Positions 38,948-50,461 are shown, numbered from the stretch's first letter. The stretch: 64,000 bases of DNA from an uncultured Verrucomicrobiae bacterium (GCA_963707025.1 CAVPOM010000004.1:128001-192000); one strand, 5' to 3'. Notes: a model not told the origin generated them from the letters alone. Numbers and translations are program-made.

Positions 38948-39877
38948 ATGAAAATCACGCGCAGGGAGTTTACGATGAAAGTGAGCGGGCTTGGAGTTGG
39001 AGGCTTGTTTGCACTTGGAGGTTGCGACAGAGGGGAAAGGAAGAAGGCCTTGTCGGAGACACTGCCAAAGCAGCCAGGTGCAGCCGGGCAGTCCAGAACT
39101 GCGTCGGCTGGGGAAGACGGGGCTGGTGCTTTCGTCCGTGGGTTTTGGCGCCCAGAGGACCAGAGATGACGACCTCATCCGCTACGCTCTTGACCAAGGC
39201 ATGACTCACATTGAAACGGCGTGGAGCTACGGTTTTGGACGCTCAGGCAACAGTTGCGAATGCATCGGCAAAGCGATTGCGGGGAGGCGCGATTCGGTGT
39301 GTCTGGCGGTGGCTTACTCGATGGAGGCGTCTCCAACCAGCAAGGCCTGGCTTCCGAATCAATTTGAGCAGACGCTCCGAGATCTGGGCACCGATCATAT
39401 TGAGGTATTCCTGTGGCACCACCGGGGGGCGGATCGATCAACAACAGCCAATTGACCTTGGAGCAGAGTCAGGCGCTGGTCGCTGCGGGCGAGAGGGTGG
39501 ATCTGATGCTGAAATGGAAGAAGGAAGGGAAGATCCGATGGTGCGGTGTGACCGCCCACAGCGAGCAGGTCGAATGGCCGAAGTTCGTGGCGGAATCCAA
39601 GCTGTATAACGTCGCGGTGGTCGCCTTTAACTACAACAGCCCCACAGCGGTTGCCCAGGCCATGCAAGAGGCCTCGCGGGCGGGAGTCGGCCTGATCGCG
39701 ATGAAGACCCAAAGCCCCAATTACGTTGATGGGGAAGCGCAGATTGGCAATGCACCCGACCATCGCCAAGCCTTGAGCTGGGTTCTCTCCAAGGACTTTG
39801 TCACTGCGGCCATACCTGGCATGACCACACGCAGTCAGGTTGACCTGAACCTGAAAACAATGGGTTCAGCGATATGA
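38948..39877 (+). pseudogene. Tat-signal aldo/keto reductase, frameshifted twice
   Basis: MKITRREF; RRLGKTGLVLSSVGFGA, ALDQGMTHIETAWSYG, LRDLGTDHIE; KKEGKIRWCGVTAH, GVGLIAMK, AAIPGM. Confidence 0.8.
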
Positions 39878-39906
39878 GATTCCAAATACCGTAAGGCAAG
39901 CAAAGC

Positions 39907-41091
39907 ATGAACGGAATTTCAGAAACATCGTCGCCGGCTTCCCTCCCGACAGCGACGCAGCCGAAGGCGGGCGCCCCGGCGTTCTGGCCGGGTCTTCTTC
40001 TCTCGCTCGCCGCCGGCTTCATCACGGTCGGGATTATGTGGGACATTTCCTGGCACGAGACGGTCGGGCGCGACACTTTTTGGACCGCGGCGCACATGGT
40101 CATTTATCTGGGGGGCGCTTTAGGAGGATGTGTCGGCGGATGGCTGGCTATACATTATACGTTTCTGGCCGGCCCGGAGGAACGGGCGGTGGCGGTGGGC
40201 GTGTTTGGAGCGCGCGCGCCGTTGGGAGCCTGGGTGGCAATCTGGGGAGCAGTGGCGATGCTGACTTCCGGGCCATTCGATAATTGGTGGCACAATGCCT
40301 ACGGGCTGGATGTCAAGATTATCAGTCCGCCCCACGCTTTGCTGGGACTGGGAATGTTTGGGATCACTTTTGCCGCGTTGCTCCTGGTGCTCTCGCGCCA
40401 GAACCGTTTGCAGGATGGCGCGGGCAGCGGATTATTTGTTCTCGTGGGCGGCGTGTTCGTGGTGATGGCGGGCGTGTTCGTGATGGAATACACGTTTCCC
40501 AACATGCAACACGCGGCGCCTTTTTACGAGGCGTGCGGATTGACTTTTCCACTTCGTTTGGTCGCCTTGGGGCGCGCCGCCCGAACCTCCTGGCCGGTAA
40601 CGCGCGTCGCTGCGGTCTACATCCTGGTCGAATGCCTGATGATCTGGATTCTGCCGCTCTTTCCCGAGCAGCCCAGGCTGGCGCCGATCTTCAATCCTGT
40701 GACGCACATGGTGCCTCCACCCTTCCCGCTTTTGCTCGTCTTTCCAGCCGTGGCGATGGATCTGGTGCTGCGTTGGGCGAGCGGCGTCACCGGCTGGAGG
40801 CGCGTGGCCCTCGCCTTTTTGCTCGGCGCGGTTTTCCTGGCGGTGTTCATCCCGGTGCAGTGGTTCTTCTCCGCGTTTTTGCTCTCGCCGCACGCGGAGA
40901 ATTGGTTTTTTGTGGGAAACCGGGTCTGGAGTTACGGTGATAATCTCGGTGATTGGACGAGGCAGTTCTGGAATGTAAATCTCTCCCGCGCCGCCGTCCT
41001 GACGGCGCTGGCCTGGAGTTGGGGGTGGGCCGCCGTCACTTCCTGGCTCGGACTGCTCCTGGGCGGTTGGATGCGAAAGGTGCAGCGATGA
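39907..41091 (+). CDS. Polytopic membrane protein
   Basis: Many TM segments; WDISWH..GRDTFW..H and FDNWWHNAYGLDV.I.SPPH motifs. Confidence 0.8.
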   Translation: MNGISETSSPASLPTATQPKAGAPAFWPGLLLSLAAGFITVGIMWDISWHETVGRDTFWTAAHMVIYLGGALGGCVGGWLAIHYTFLAGPEERAVAVGVFGARAPLGAWVAIWGAVAMLTSGPFDNWWHNAYGLDVKIISPPHALLGLGMFGITFAALLLVLSRQNRLQDGAGSGLFVLVGGVFVVMAGVFVMEYTFPNMQHAAPFYEACGLTFPLRLVALGRAARTSWPVTRVAAVYILVECLMIWILPLFPEQPRLAPIFNPVTHMVPPPFPLLLVFPAVAMDLVLRWASGVTGWRRVALAFLLGAVFLAVFIPVQWFFSAFLLSPHAENWFFVGNRVWSYGDNLGDWTRQFWNVNLSRAAVLTALAWSWGWAAVTSWLGLLLGGWMRKVQR

Positions 41092-42635
41092 GGCGGCTGC
41101 TGCTCTTGGCGGTTCTATTGACACTGTTTTGTCCCTGGCCGGCGTGGGCGCATGTCGGCAGTCCTGATGTTTTTTATGACGGCATGGTGGGGAAATGGCG
41201 AGTGCATATTGCCATCCGCATGCCGGGAGTTGTCCCCGGACGGGCCGAGATCATTGCGCAAGTCCAGAGCCAGGAACCGGTGGTCGTTTCCTTCACGCCA
41301 CTTGCCTCGCGGAATGCTGTCAGCAACGCGCCCCCGGCGGAAACGGCGAAACTGGTGCCCGGTGAAACGAACATTTACACCGGCGATTTGTGGTTGATGA
41401 CGATTGGAGCTTACAGCATTGATGTGCGGATTCATGGAGCATCGGGCGATGGCGCGGTGCAAATTCCGGTCAATTCGGTCGCGATCATGCAACTTCCGCT
41501 GCCGCCCTGGCTCGGCGGCCTGTTGCTCGCACTGGGCGTGATTTTATTTTGCGGAGGGATGGCCATTGTCGCCGCCGCCGCTGGAGAGAGCGTGCTGCCA
41601 GTGGGAGCCGCGCCGGGGAAAACCGAGCGTCGCAAATACTGGATGGCGGCAGCCATCACGGGCATCGTGCTGGCGCTGGCGCTTTTGGGTGGCAAGAAAT
41701 GGTGGGATGCGGATGACCGGGATTTCCGCGCGCGACTGCGTGGGGGCGGCTGGCCGGATGTCGCGGCGGACGTCCACATGGAAGGCGCGCAACGCATTCT
41801 GGCGTTGACCTTCGGTTCGACAGGTAATTCTTCCTCCGGGCCGAATGCCTATCTGGGTTTGTCGCCCGACCACGGCAAACTCCTGCATCTGTTTCTGGTT
41901 CGGCAGCCAGGCCGCGAGGCGTTTGGGCATATCCATCCAGTGCGCAAAGGCAATCGAACTTTCGCGGTGGCTTTGCCGCCATTGCCGGAAGGCGATTACG
42001 AACTGTTCTGTGACTTGACTCTGGACTCTGGACTGAGTTCCACCGCCACGAACAGGGTCCATCTTCCCGCCATGCCTGCCACCACCAACGCCACTAATTC
42101 CCTGGAACCGGACGCGGACGATTCGTGGGCGGTCGAGTCTGCGGCCGCCGTCCGCGCCGATGCCGGCCACGACACCATTTGTCGTCTGCCTGATGGAACG
42201 CAAATCATTTGGAAAGCCCATCCACCGCCGCGCGTGAAACAAGACGCCGCTTTGCGATTCGAGGTCCTTGACCAAGCCGGACAACCGGCCCAGCTCGAAC
42301 CTTACATGGGCATGACGAGTCATGCCGCGGTGCTGCGTTCTGACGGACGCGTTTTTGACCACCTGCATCCTTCGGGAAATTATTCGATGGCGGCCCAAAT
42401 GATTTTTGACGCCAAGATCGCCAAAGAAACCGGCGCCCTTCCGCCCGGAATGATGAAGATGCCAGACGGCTCCATCATGGATCGTTCGATGATGGGTCGC
42501 GCTTCCAATGGCGATGAAACCTCGTTGGTCTCCCTGCCCTACGAATTTCCGGCGCCGGGGAATTACCGGATTTGGGTCCAGATCAAGATAGCCGGCAAAA
42601 TCATGACCGGCATTTTCGATACGACCGTCCGGTAG
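41088..42635 (+). CDS. His-rich membrane-anchored putative heavy-metal-binding protein
   Basis: AHVGSPDVFYDG, DHGKLLHLFLV, HIHP, LEPYMGMTSHAAVL, HLHP, Met-rich loop, FPAPGNYRIWVQ. Confidence 0.75.
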   Translation: MRRLLLLAVLLTLFCPWPAWAHVGSPDVFYDGMVGKWRVHIAIRMPGVVPGRAEIIAQVQSQEPVVVSFTPLASRNAVSNAPPAETAKLVPGETNIYTGDLWLMTIGAYSIDVRIHGASGDGAVQIPVNSVAIMQLPLPPWLGGLLLALGVILFCGGMAIVAAAAGESVLPVGAAPGKTERRKYWMAAAITGIVLALALLGGKKWWDADDRDFRARLRGGGWPDVAADVHMEGAQRILALTFGSTGNSSSGPNAYLGLSPDHGKLLHLFLVRQPGREAFGHIHPVRKGNRTFAVALPPLPEGDYELFCDLTLDSGLSSTATNRVHLPAMPATTNATNSLEPDADDSWAVESAAAVRADAGHDTICRLPDGTQIIWKAHPPPRVKQDAALRFEVLDQAGQPAQLEPYMGMTSHAAVLRSDGRVFDHLHPSGNYSMAAQMIFDAKIAKETGALPPGMMKMPDGSIMDRSMMGRASNGDETSLVSLPYEFPAPGNYRIWVQIKIAGKIMTGIFDTTVR

Positions 42636-43309
42636 TCTCCACGCGGCAGCATTCTCCAGTATGACATCAATTTTATTTTATGGCCGACGTTCTTTGCCGC
42701 ACTTACGGCGCTCGACGACCAACCTCTCACAAATCATCGCCGCATCGAGCTGCAAGTGTGCTTGTGGCCCCGCGACGACCACTTCTGAAAGAAAGTCGTC
42801 GCGCCTCAGGCCATGCCAATCAATATTAACCAAAATGCTGGTGCAACCTGTGGAGATGATTTATTATCTGAATTCGACTTCCTGGGTGCTGGCGTTAAAT
42901 GGTGAGAGCACTCCGAGTGAAAGATTGATTTTGCAACAATTTGCAACAGTTTCGATGCCCAAAGGTGCCTTTTGGTGCGAAACTGCGGTCAAACAGGAAG
43001 TTTATAACATCTTGTGTCCCAGGTAATTATGAATCTATGAAAAACGCGCGGCATGATTCGAATCCCTTCGCTCGCTCCATCTGCCATCCCCGGCCAAGCC
43101 GGTGTTCAACTCCAGAACGGCTTGGTTCACAGGACTTTCCGCGCATTGCCGGCTAATATCAGATCTGTCAAACAGTGCGTGGTTTTCATGGTGGCGCCCA
43201 GGCCATGCTTGTTGAGCATGGCTTATGTTGAACCATTAAGAAAGTAGCGACTCTTCTTGCATGGCCGGGAGTGCTTCGATAGAATATTTGACGCTTCGGA
43301 AGATTTTTT

Positions 43310-46300
43310 ATGAAAACGCTTTCCGTGTCTCTTGCGACGGCTCTGGCTGTCGTCTTCACTCCCTGCGCCTTTGGACAGTTCACCAACGCCATGCCGGGTC
43401 GCGCCTTGAACAAGTTGTTGCCCGACTATGCCCGCCCGCTGGTTTACGGGCTTAATCAAGCCAACGGCTCCGTGCCCGGCACCTTGCTGGCCCTCAACGC
43501 CAGCAATGGAGTCATCGTCAACGAGATCACGCTGGACTTGAATCCGACGGACATGGCAGCCAGTCCGGCAGGCGACGCGCTGTATGTCATCAACGCGGGC
43601 AGCCGAACGATTTCCAAAGTGGATTTGAATTCTTTCGCAGTGGTGTCGGAAAAGGCCATATCAACGCCCAGTACTTACAGCCTTTCCAATCCGTTGTATC
43701 TGGTGGTTAGCCCATCGGGCCTGATTTACTACACCGACGGAGCTTGGGGCCCGGAGATTTATTCTTTCGATTTCAATGCCGGGACGAACATGCTCGTCTT
43801 GGACACCGGAGGCAACCAGAGTATCGGCGCCGGCGGAATGGTGCTGAATAAGAGTGGCGATACTCTCTATATCTGGCAACAATATGGATGGAGCGCTGGT
43901 TACGCAAACTCAGCGATAGCCAGTCTCGCTGTGGGCGCCGGTTCATTGACGACGACCGCAACCGGCCCGTCGCAGGGCCGCGATCCGCTGAACACCCCTA
44001 TTTTCCTGGATGCAGCGGGGAGATGGGTATTTAACAAAGTGCAGAGAGTTTCTGCAACAAATGTCACAGTTCTGTTAAGTCAATTTGCCGACAACATATA
44101 TGCCATTTCGCTCGATGGCGCGGTCGCCTTTGGGCCCAATGAGGTTTACAACGGGCTGACGGGCTTTTTGCTGACCAATCTGCCGTTCGCGACGGCGGTG
44201 CAGACGTTGTCCGGCGATCAAACGAAGTTGTTTCGTTACAACGGCACGACCACGAACCTGGTGGTCTATGATATGGCCGGCATTGCCCCCGTCAGCGGGC
44301 CGGCCATTGTTCCCACGCCTGCGGATGGCTCGGTCGTCAGTCCGCCCATGACCAATCTGGCCTGGACGGTTTCCCCATTGGCCCTGGCCTATGACGTGTA
44401 CTTGGGAACCAACCGGGCTCAGGTTGCCGCCGCTGCCACTTCCTCTCCCCAGTACTTGGGCCGCGTCACAACTCCGGACGAGTCCCTCGCTCCGGCTCTG
44501 ATTCCAGGAACAACCTATTACTGGCGCGTGGATATCGCGGGCTTCAACGCCACCAACACCGGCAGCGTCTGGTCGTTCACAGTTGCCACTTTGTCCGTCA
44601 GTCCGCCCCAGATCGGCGTCGGTTCCATTGCGGGTTACAGTCCCGCCGCCACGACCCTGACCCTGACCGGTGGCGCGTCCGTCACTTGGTCCGCCGCGGT
44701 GACAGGCCCCAACTGGATGACGTTGAATCCGACCAGCGGAAGGACGCCATCTTCGCCGGTCGTGTCCTTCACCACGGCCAGCCTGGCGGCTGGATCGTAC
44801 ACCAACAATATTGAGTTCACGATTGGTGCTTCCAAGCTGGAATTGCCGGTCACCCTCACCATCACACCGCTCAACATCGTGAAGATGGCGGCGGACAAGC
44901 AGCGCCCCTACATCTATGCGTTGCAGCCACCATCGCTCTCCGGCCAAAACGGGTTGTTGCTTTTTATCAACACCGCCACCGGGAACATTGATAAAACTCT
45001 GGCCATCGGCCTCAACCCGGTGGACCTGAGCATTAATTACGGCGAGGGCAATTTGTATGTAGCCAGTTGGGGTGAAACCTGGACATACGTTGTGAATTTG
45101 AACACCCAAACCCTCCTCCCCTCTTTGAACCTCGGCACCGATGTTTACAAAATCAACGCCGGCAAGGCGGGACGGGTCATGATCGAAGGGGAAGACCAGT
45201 GGGTGTACGTGAGCTTGATCAATACGGGGAACGCCTCTGTGGTGTCTTCCATCTTTGTCCGTGAGGGCGATGGCGCGTGTGATCCGACCGGAACGGTTTA
45301 TTACCATTGCGACAACAATATATCCGATGCTTGCGTCCACAAATACATGACCACAAACGATTCGTTTGTCGAAGTAGCCGACAGCCTCCAGCATCCTTAC
45401 GGCACACGCAATCTGGTTTTGTCCCCCGATGGAAGCATTCTCTTTTGGAACAGTTACGCCTACGACCCCAATTTGAACGAGCTGGGCACTTTTAGCGCCG
45501 AAATCTACTCCTGTTCCACCAACGGCCGCATCGTCTTTGGCGCCAGCCAGGCGTTCGACAGCACGACCCGCCAGGCCATCTTTAATCTCCCCGTTTCCAG
45601 CGGCGTCTCTGTAGTGGACGGTCAGAATCTGGGCTTCTGGTATTTCAATTCCACCAGCGCCGCGTTGGGCCGTGTGCCGATGAGCTTGGTTGAAACTCCT
45701 GCCTTCAGCGTGCAGCCTGCCGCTGCCACCTCCGTTGCCATTGGAGGCTCGGTTTATTTAACGGGAACCGCCATCGGGCTGGCGCCCCTTTCCTATCAAT
45801 GGATCTTGTCGGGAACCAACCTCCCCGGCGCGACGAATTACTTCCTCTCGATGAACAATGTGCAGCCGGCGCAGCAAGGCGCCTATCAACTTGTCGTCAA
45901 CAATTCGTTTGGCGCGGTGACCAGCTCCGTCTCCCATCTGACGGTGGTTGTTCCTCCGACCATCTCGAGCCTTTCGCCCGGCACCAATGTTCTGGCGGGG
46001 GAGCCGATCAACTTGGCTGTCGGAGCCGCCGGCACCGCCCCGTTCACCTACCGTTGGATGTTTGAAAATGTCTCCATCGCCGGCGCCGCCAATTCGACGC
46101 TGACGATCAGCAATGCCCAGGCGACAAATGAGGGCATTTACAGCGTCGTCGTTGCCAATGTGGCTGGGTCCGTCACCAGCGCGGTCGTCGCGGTCCGCGT
46201 CTCTCCCTCGGCGCCCGTCCTGGTCACAGGGCCGGCCTCCCTTACCCTGCCAGCCTCGTCCAACGCGCTTTTTAGCGTCACCGCCGTTGGCAGTCAGCCG

Positions 46301-47977
46301 CTGGCCTGCGGCTGGCTCTTTGACAACCTGCCGATCGTGGGTGCCACTTCCCCGCTGCTCGTCCTGACCAATGTTCAATTCTCCAACAGCGGCAGCTATC
46401 AAGTAGTTCTCTCTAATTCCGCCGGCTCCACCACCAGCGCCGTGGCCGCGCTGACGGTCACCCCGCTGGCGCCTTATTTCACCCTGCAGCCTGTCGGCGC
46501 TTCCAACAGCGTCGGGACCAGCCGCACTTTCACCGCCTTGGCCAACGGCTCCCAGCCGATTGCCTACCAATGGCAGCAGAACAACACCAACATTCCTGGT
46601 GCCACTCAGACGTCCCTCCTTCTTGCCAACCTGGCCCCCGGCAACGCAGGCTCTTACACCGTCATCGCCACCAACTCCGCTGGCTCCTGCACCAGCGCCG
46701 TGGCACCACTGACCGTCTTCCAAACACCTGCGATCACCACACCGCTGACAAATGTTGTCACCGATATCAGCAACACCGTGCTTCTTTCTGTCGCCGCCCA
46801 GGGCAGCGCAACTCTCCATTACTGCTGGCGCTTCAACGGCGCGCTCCTCGCAGAAACCAGTTCCGTCCTCACCCTCACCAATCTCCAAACCTCGCAGTCG
46901 GGTTACTACCAAGTCACCGTCACGAACCAGTACGGCAGCGCCGCCTCTCTCGCCCGGGTCAGCGTCTTGTCCTTCCGATGCATGGTCATTGCGTGGGGCG
47001 ACAACTCCGGCGGCCAATGTTCCGTCCCGGCCAATTTGATGGATGCGGTTGGCGTGGGCGGCGGCGACTACCACACCATCGCCCTCCGGCACAACGGCAC
47101 CTTGCTTGGCTGGGGCTACAACGGCGACGGCCAAACAAACGTTCCTGCCGGCTCCCTGCTTTACGTGTCCATCGCATGCGGGGCCGCCCACAACCTTGCC
47201 ATCAGGGAGGATGGTTCTCTGGTCGCCTGGGGCCGCAATGACGCCGGCCAGATCAACATTCCGGCCAACGCCAAGTCCAATATTCTTTCCATTGCCGCCG
47301 GGGATTCGCACAGTGTGGCACTGCTTTCCGCAGGCTCCGTTGTTGCCTGGGGCGACAATTCGTTCGGACAAACTTCCGTGCCGGCTGGGTTGACAGGTGT
47401 CCGCGCTGTGGCCGCCGGTCGCAACCACAGCCTTGCCCTCCTCGGCACGGGCCGGGTGTCCGCGTGGGGTTTCAACACGTACGGCCAGTCCTCACCCCCG
47501 GCGAGCCTGACCAACGCCATGGCCATCGCGGGCGGCTATCTCCACAGTGCGGCGCTTTGTTCCAATGGCACCGTAGTCGTTTGGGGCGATAACTCTTATG
47601 GTCAAACCAATGTTCCAGCAGGAGTGTCCAACGTCGTCGCCATCGCCGCCGGAGATTTCCACACGCTGGCTTTGCGTGCGGATGGGACCATTGTTGGCTG
47701 GGGCAACGACAACTATGGGCAGGTTGATGTTCCGGCCGCCGCCGCCGCCGCCTCGGGTATCGGCTCGGGCAATTATCACAGCCTTGCGCTTGTTCCTGCT
47801 GTCGTGCTTCAAGCTGCCCTCAATTCATCCCAATTAATTGTCAGTTGGGATGGTCCGGGCGTTTTGCAATGGGCTCCGACCCCGATTGGACCTTGGACTT
47901 CGGTCATTTGCCAGGGCACCTGTTACACCAACCTTGATATGTCCTGGCCGGCCAGGTTCTTCCGCGTCCAACGCTGA
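43310..47977 (+). CDS. Large secreted surface protein: YVTN-like beta-propellers, BACON-like, Ig repeats, RCC1-like repeats
   Basis: Signal peptide; Ig units P.SYQW...GT.LPGAT; AWG.N..GQT.VP RCC1 repeats; ends ARFFRVQR. Confidence 0.9.
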   Translation: MKTLSVSLATALAVVFTPCAFGQFTNAMPGRALNKLLPDYARPLVYGLNQANGSVPGTLLALNASNGVIVNEITLDLNPTDMAASPAGDALYVINAGSRTISKVDLNSFAVVSEKAISTPSTYSLSNPLYLVVSPSGLIYYTDGAWGPEIYSFDFNAGTNMLVLDTGGNQSIGAGGMVLNKSGDTLYIWQQYGWSAGYANSAIASLAVGAGSLTTTATGPSQGRDPLNTPIFLDAAGRWVFNKVQRVSATNVTVLLSQFADNIYAISLDGAVAFGPNEVYNGLTGFLLTNLPFATAVQTLSGDQTKLFRYNGTTTNLVVYDMAGIAPVSGPAIVPTPADGSVVSPPMTNLAWTVSPLALAYDVYLGTNRAQVAAAATSSPQYLGRVTTPDESLAPALIPGTTYYWRVDIAGFNATNTGSVWSFTVATLSVSPPQIGVGSIAGYSPAATTLTLTGGASVTWSAAVTGPNWMTLNPTSGRTPSSPVVSFTTASLAAGSYTNNIEFTIGASKLELPVTLTITPLNIVKMAADKQRPYIYALQPPSLSGQNGLLLFINTATGNIDKTLAIGLNPVDLSINYGEGNLYVASWGETWTYVVNLNTQTLLPSLNLGTDVYKINAGKAGRVMIEGEDQWVYVSLINTGNASVVSSIFVREGDGACDPTGTVYYHCDNNISDACVHKYMTTNDSFVEVADSLQHPYGTRNLVLSPDGSILFWNSYAYDPNLNELGTFSAEIYSCSTNGRIVFGASQAFDSTTRQAIFNLPVSSGVSVVDGQNLGFWYFNSTSAALGRVPMSLVETPAFSVQPAAATSVAIGGSVYLTGTAIGLAPLSYQWILSGTNLPGATNYFLSMNNVQPAQQGAYQLVVNNSFGAVTSSVSHLTVVVPPTISSLSPGTNVLAGEPINLAVGAAGTAPFTYRWMFENVSIAGAANSTLTISNAQATNEGIYSVVVANVAGSVTSAVVAVRVSPSAPVLVTGPASLTLPASSNALFSVTAVGSQPLACGWLFDNLPIVGATSPLLVLTNVQFSNSGSYQVVLSNSAGSTTSAVAALTVTPLAPYFTLQPVGASNSVGTSRTFTALANGSQPIAYQWQQNNTNIPGATQTSLLLANLAPGNAGSYTVIATNSAGSCTSAVAPLTVFQTPAITTPLTNVVTDISNTVLLSVAAQGSATLHYCWRFNGALLAETSSVLTLTNLQTSQSGYYQVTVTNQYGSAASLARVSVLSFRCMVIAWGDNSGGQCSVPANLMDAVGVGGGDYHTIALRHNGTLLGWGYNGDGQTNVPAGSLLYVSIACGAAHNLAIREDGSLVAWGRNDAGQINIPANAKSNILSIAAGDSHSVALLSAGSVVAWGDNSFGQTSVPAGLTGVRAVAAGRNHSLALLGTGRVSAWGFNTYGQSSPPASLTNAMAIAGGYLHSAALCSNGTVVVWGDNSYGQTNVPAGVSNVVAIAAGDFHTLALRADGTIVGWGNDNYGQVDVPAAAAAASGIGSGNYHSLALVPAVVLQAALNSSQLIVSWDGPGVLQWAPTPIGPWTSVICQGTCYTNLDMSWPARFFRVQR

Positions 47978-48039
47978 TCGGGCGCGTGGAATGCGTCAGT
48001 TTCCCGAAGACCATGGTGCAGGACATTGGCTCCGCCGGC

Positions 48040-48457
48040 CATAACCCGCTCATCTTGGGGAATTATCACTCCAGAGCCTCGAATGCTGCCCTTGCGACAA
48101 CCGCCCTGCACGCGACGAAACGCGAAGGTGGCCGCAGACTGGTGCCATGCGACAGCGCCTGCATCCGGAGCGGCCTCAAGCTGGGGGCGATTTCCAATTG
48201 GGACCAGCGCCTGCGCCCGCTGTTGAAGGAATTTAAGCTGGACAGTTGGTTCGATGCCCTCGTCATAAGCGGTCGAGGCGGGGGTGGCCAAACCGCACGC
48301 CGCCATTTTCCAGCGCGCCGCGGAGCAACTGCAACTGGCTCCGGCACAAATTCTGCGCATAGGGGACTGCCGGGAGGAAGATTTTGAAGGCGCCCAAGAC
48401 GCCGGTTTCCAAGCGCTGCTGCTCCGCCGCGGCGAAGCGTCCCACCCTGGCCAATAA
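48040..48457 (+). pseudogene. HAD-superfamily hydrolase C-terminal fragment
   Basis: LKLGAISNWDQRLRPLL...FDALVIS, then in a shifted frame KP...IF and ILRIGD..EEDFEGA..AG. Confidence 0.65.
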
Positions 48458-48704
48458 ATCTCTTCCCTGGCAGAGGCCATTCTGCGCCCTTGAGAACAGT
48501 CTGCGCTTGTGCGAATGGAGATACCCATTTTTACATCTTCCCATTCTGGTTTCAAGCCGATGAGCCACAGCAGCCAAATCACCCAATTCAAGGCCCCTTT
48601 CAGCAATCGCCGGTCTTGGGAGGCGAATCTTGCAGGGCAAGATATGTAAAACAAAGGACAACCAATGGGAAGAGGGATACGCCGCTTGGAGCGACCCTTT
48701 AACG

Positions 48705-50461
48705 ATGGGTACTCGATTGATTTTAACCTTGGCGGCAGGGCTTCTCGCAACAACGGCCGTGGCCGCCGCCGAGATCAGCAGCAGCGACTGTCTGGTATGC
48801 CACGGCGACAAGACCTTGACCGGCACCAACGCGGCGGGGCGGACGGTTTCGTTATATGTTGATGCGGCGGCGCTGGCGGCTTCGGTGCATCGCACCAATT
48901 CCTGCGCTAGTTGCCATAACGACATCACGGACAAGCATCCGGACGATAACGTCGTGGCGCGTGCGGTGGGCTGCGCGCGCTGCCATTCGGAAGCGTCCCT
49001 GAGTTTCACGGCCAGTGTGCATGGGGTGGCCCTTCGGGATGGCGTCACCAACGGGACGCATCACGCCCCGGTTTGCAGCGACTGCCACGGGTCGCATGGA
49101 GTGGTGCTGCCCAGTTCGCCGCAGTCCCCCCTTAATTTTGCCCATCTCGCCCTCACCTGCGGCCAATGCCATGAACAGGAGGCCAAAGACGTGATGGAAA
49201 GCGTCCACGGCAAGGCGGTGGCGGCGGGGCAGCGCGAGGCGGCGACCTGCACCGATTGCCATTCGGAGCACAAGATCGAAGCGCTCAAGGGAAGCTCGTC
49301 CCTGAAAATCTCGCAGGAGGTTTGCAGCAAGTGTCACGCCTCGGAGCGCCTGAACACCAAATACAATCTGCCGCCGGACCGGGTGAAAACGTTTTTCGCC
49401 AGTTACCACGGGCTGGCCGCGCAGTACGGCTCCACCCGCGCTGCCAATTGCGGCAGTTGCCACGGCTTCCATCTGGTTCTCCCCTCCTCCGACCACCGTT
49501 CCAGCATTTACAAGAACAACCTGGCCGCCACCTGCGGAAAATGCCACGAGGGAGTCAGCGCCAATTTCGCGCAGAGCAAGGTGCATGTGGACATTGACGC
49601 GGCGCGCGGCGACGCCCAGTTGAGCGAACGCATCAATTGGTGGGTGCGCAAAATCTACGTGGGGCTGATTTTTGCCGTCATCGGCTTGATGGCCGCCCAC
49701 AACGCCCTCATCTTCGGCCGCAAGGCGGCGGTGCTCAATCGCCGCTCCGAACGCACCCTGGTGCGGATGGATGCTTCCCAGCGCTGGCAGCACTGGGTGC
49801 TCGCGGCCAGTTTTATCGTGCTGGCGTGGAGCGGATTTGCCTTGAAGTTTCCTGATTCGTTTGTGGCGCATTCGCTGGGGTCGGGCGAAAACTTCCGTCG
49901 CTGGACCCATCGCATTGCCGGGGTTTTGCTGCTCCTGGCCGGCGCCTATCACCTCGGCTACGTCTCCGCCGCCCGCGAAGGGCGCCGGCTGCTCAAGGAC
50001 ATGCTTCCCAGCCTGAAGGATGCGCGGGACGCGGCGGCCAATGCGCGCCGGCTGGCCGGCTGGGCGGTGTCAAACCAAAATTCGGGCGGTTCGGCTACGC
50101 CGAGAAAATGGAGTATTGGGCCGTGGTCTGGGGAACCGTCATCATGGGCGCGACCGGCCTGACGATCTGGATGAAGATGGGAGTGACGCGGTTTCTGCCG
50201 CGCTGGGCGGTTGATGTGGCGACCACCATTCATTATTACGAGGCGATCCTGGCCTGCCTGGCTATTTTGGTGTGGCACCTTTATCATGTCATTTTCGATC
50301 CGGACGTGTATCCTCTGAACCGCGAGGTTCTGGACGGTCGCGTCTCGCGGGAATGGTTGGAAGAAGAACATCCGCTGGACCCGGCGCTGGCCGGCGCAGA
50401 GCCGCCCGCCCCCGCAGCCGATCAAGCCAAACATCAGGAGACGCAACCGGCGCAGCATTGA
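48705..50461 (+). CDS. Multiheme cytochrome c (9 CxxCH) fused to a cytochrome b-type membrane domain; frameshift near 50070
   Basis: CLVCH, CASCH, CARCH, CSDCH, CGQCH, CTDCH, CSKCH, CGSCH, CGKCH; QRWQHW, THRIAG; EKMEYWAVVWG and IHYYEAILA in ORF 50108. Confidence 0.85.

Noticed and set aside
42640..43260. Short ORFs in the AT-richer gap before the second surface-protein gene
   Set aside because: No recognisable motifs; probably promoter plus decayed sequence
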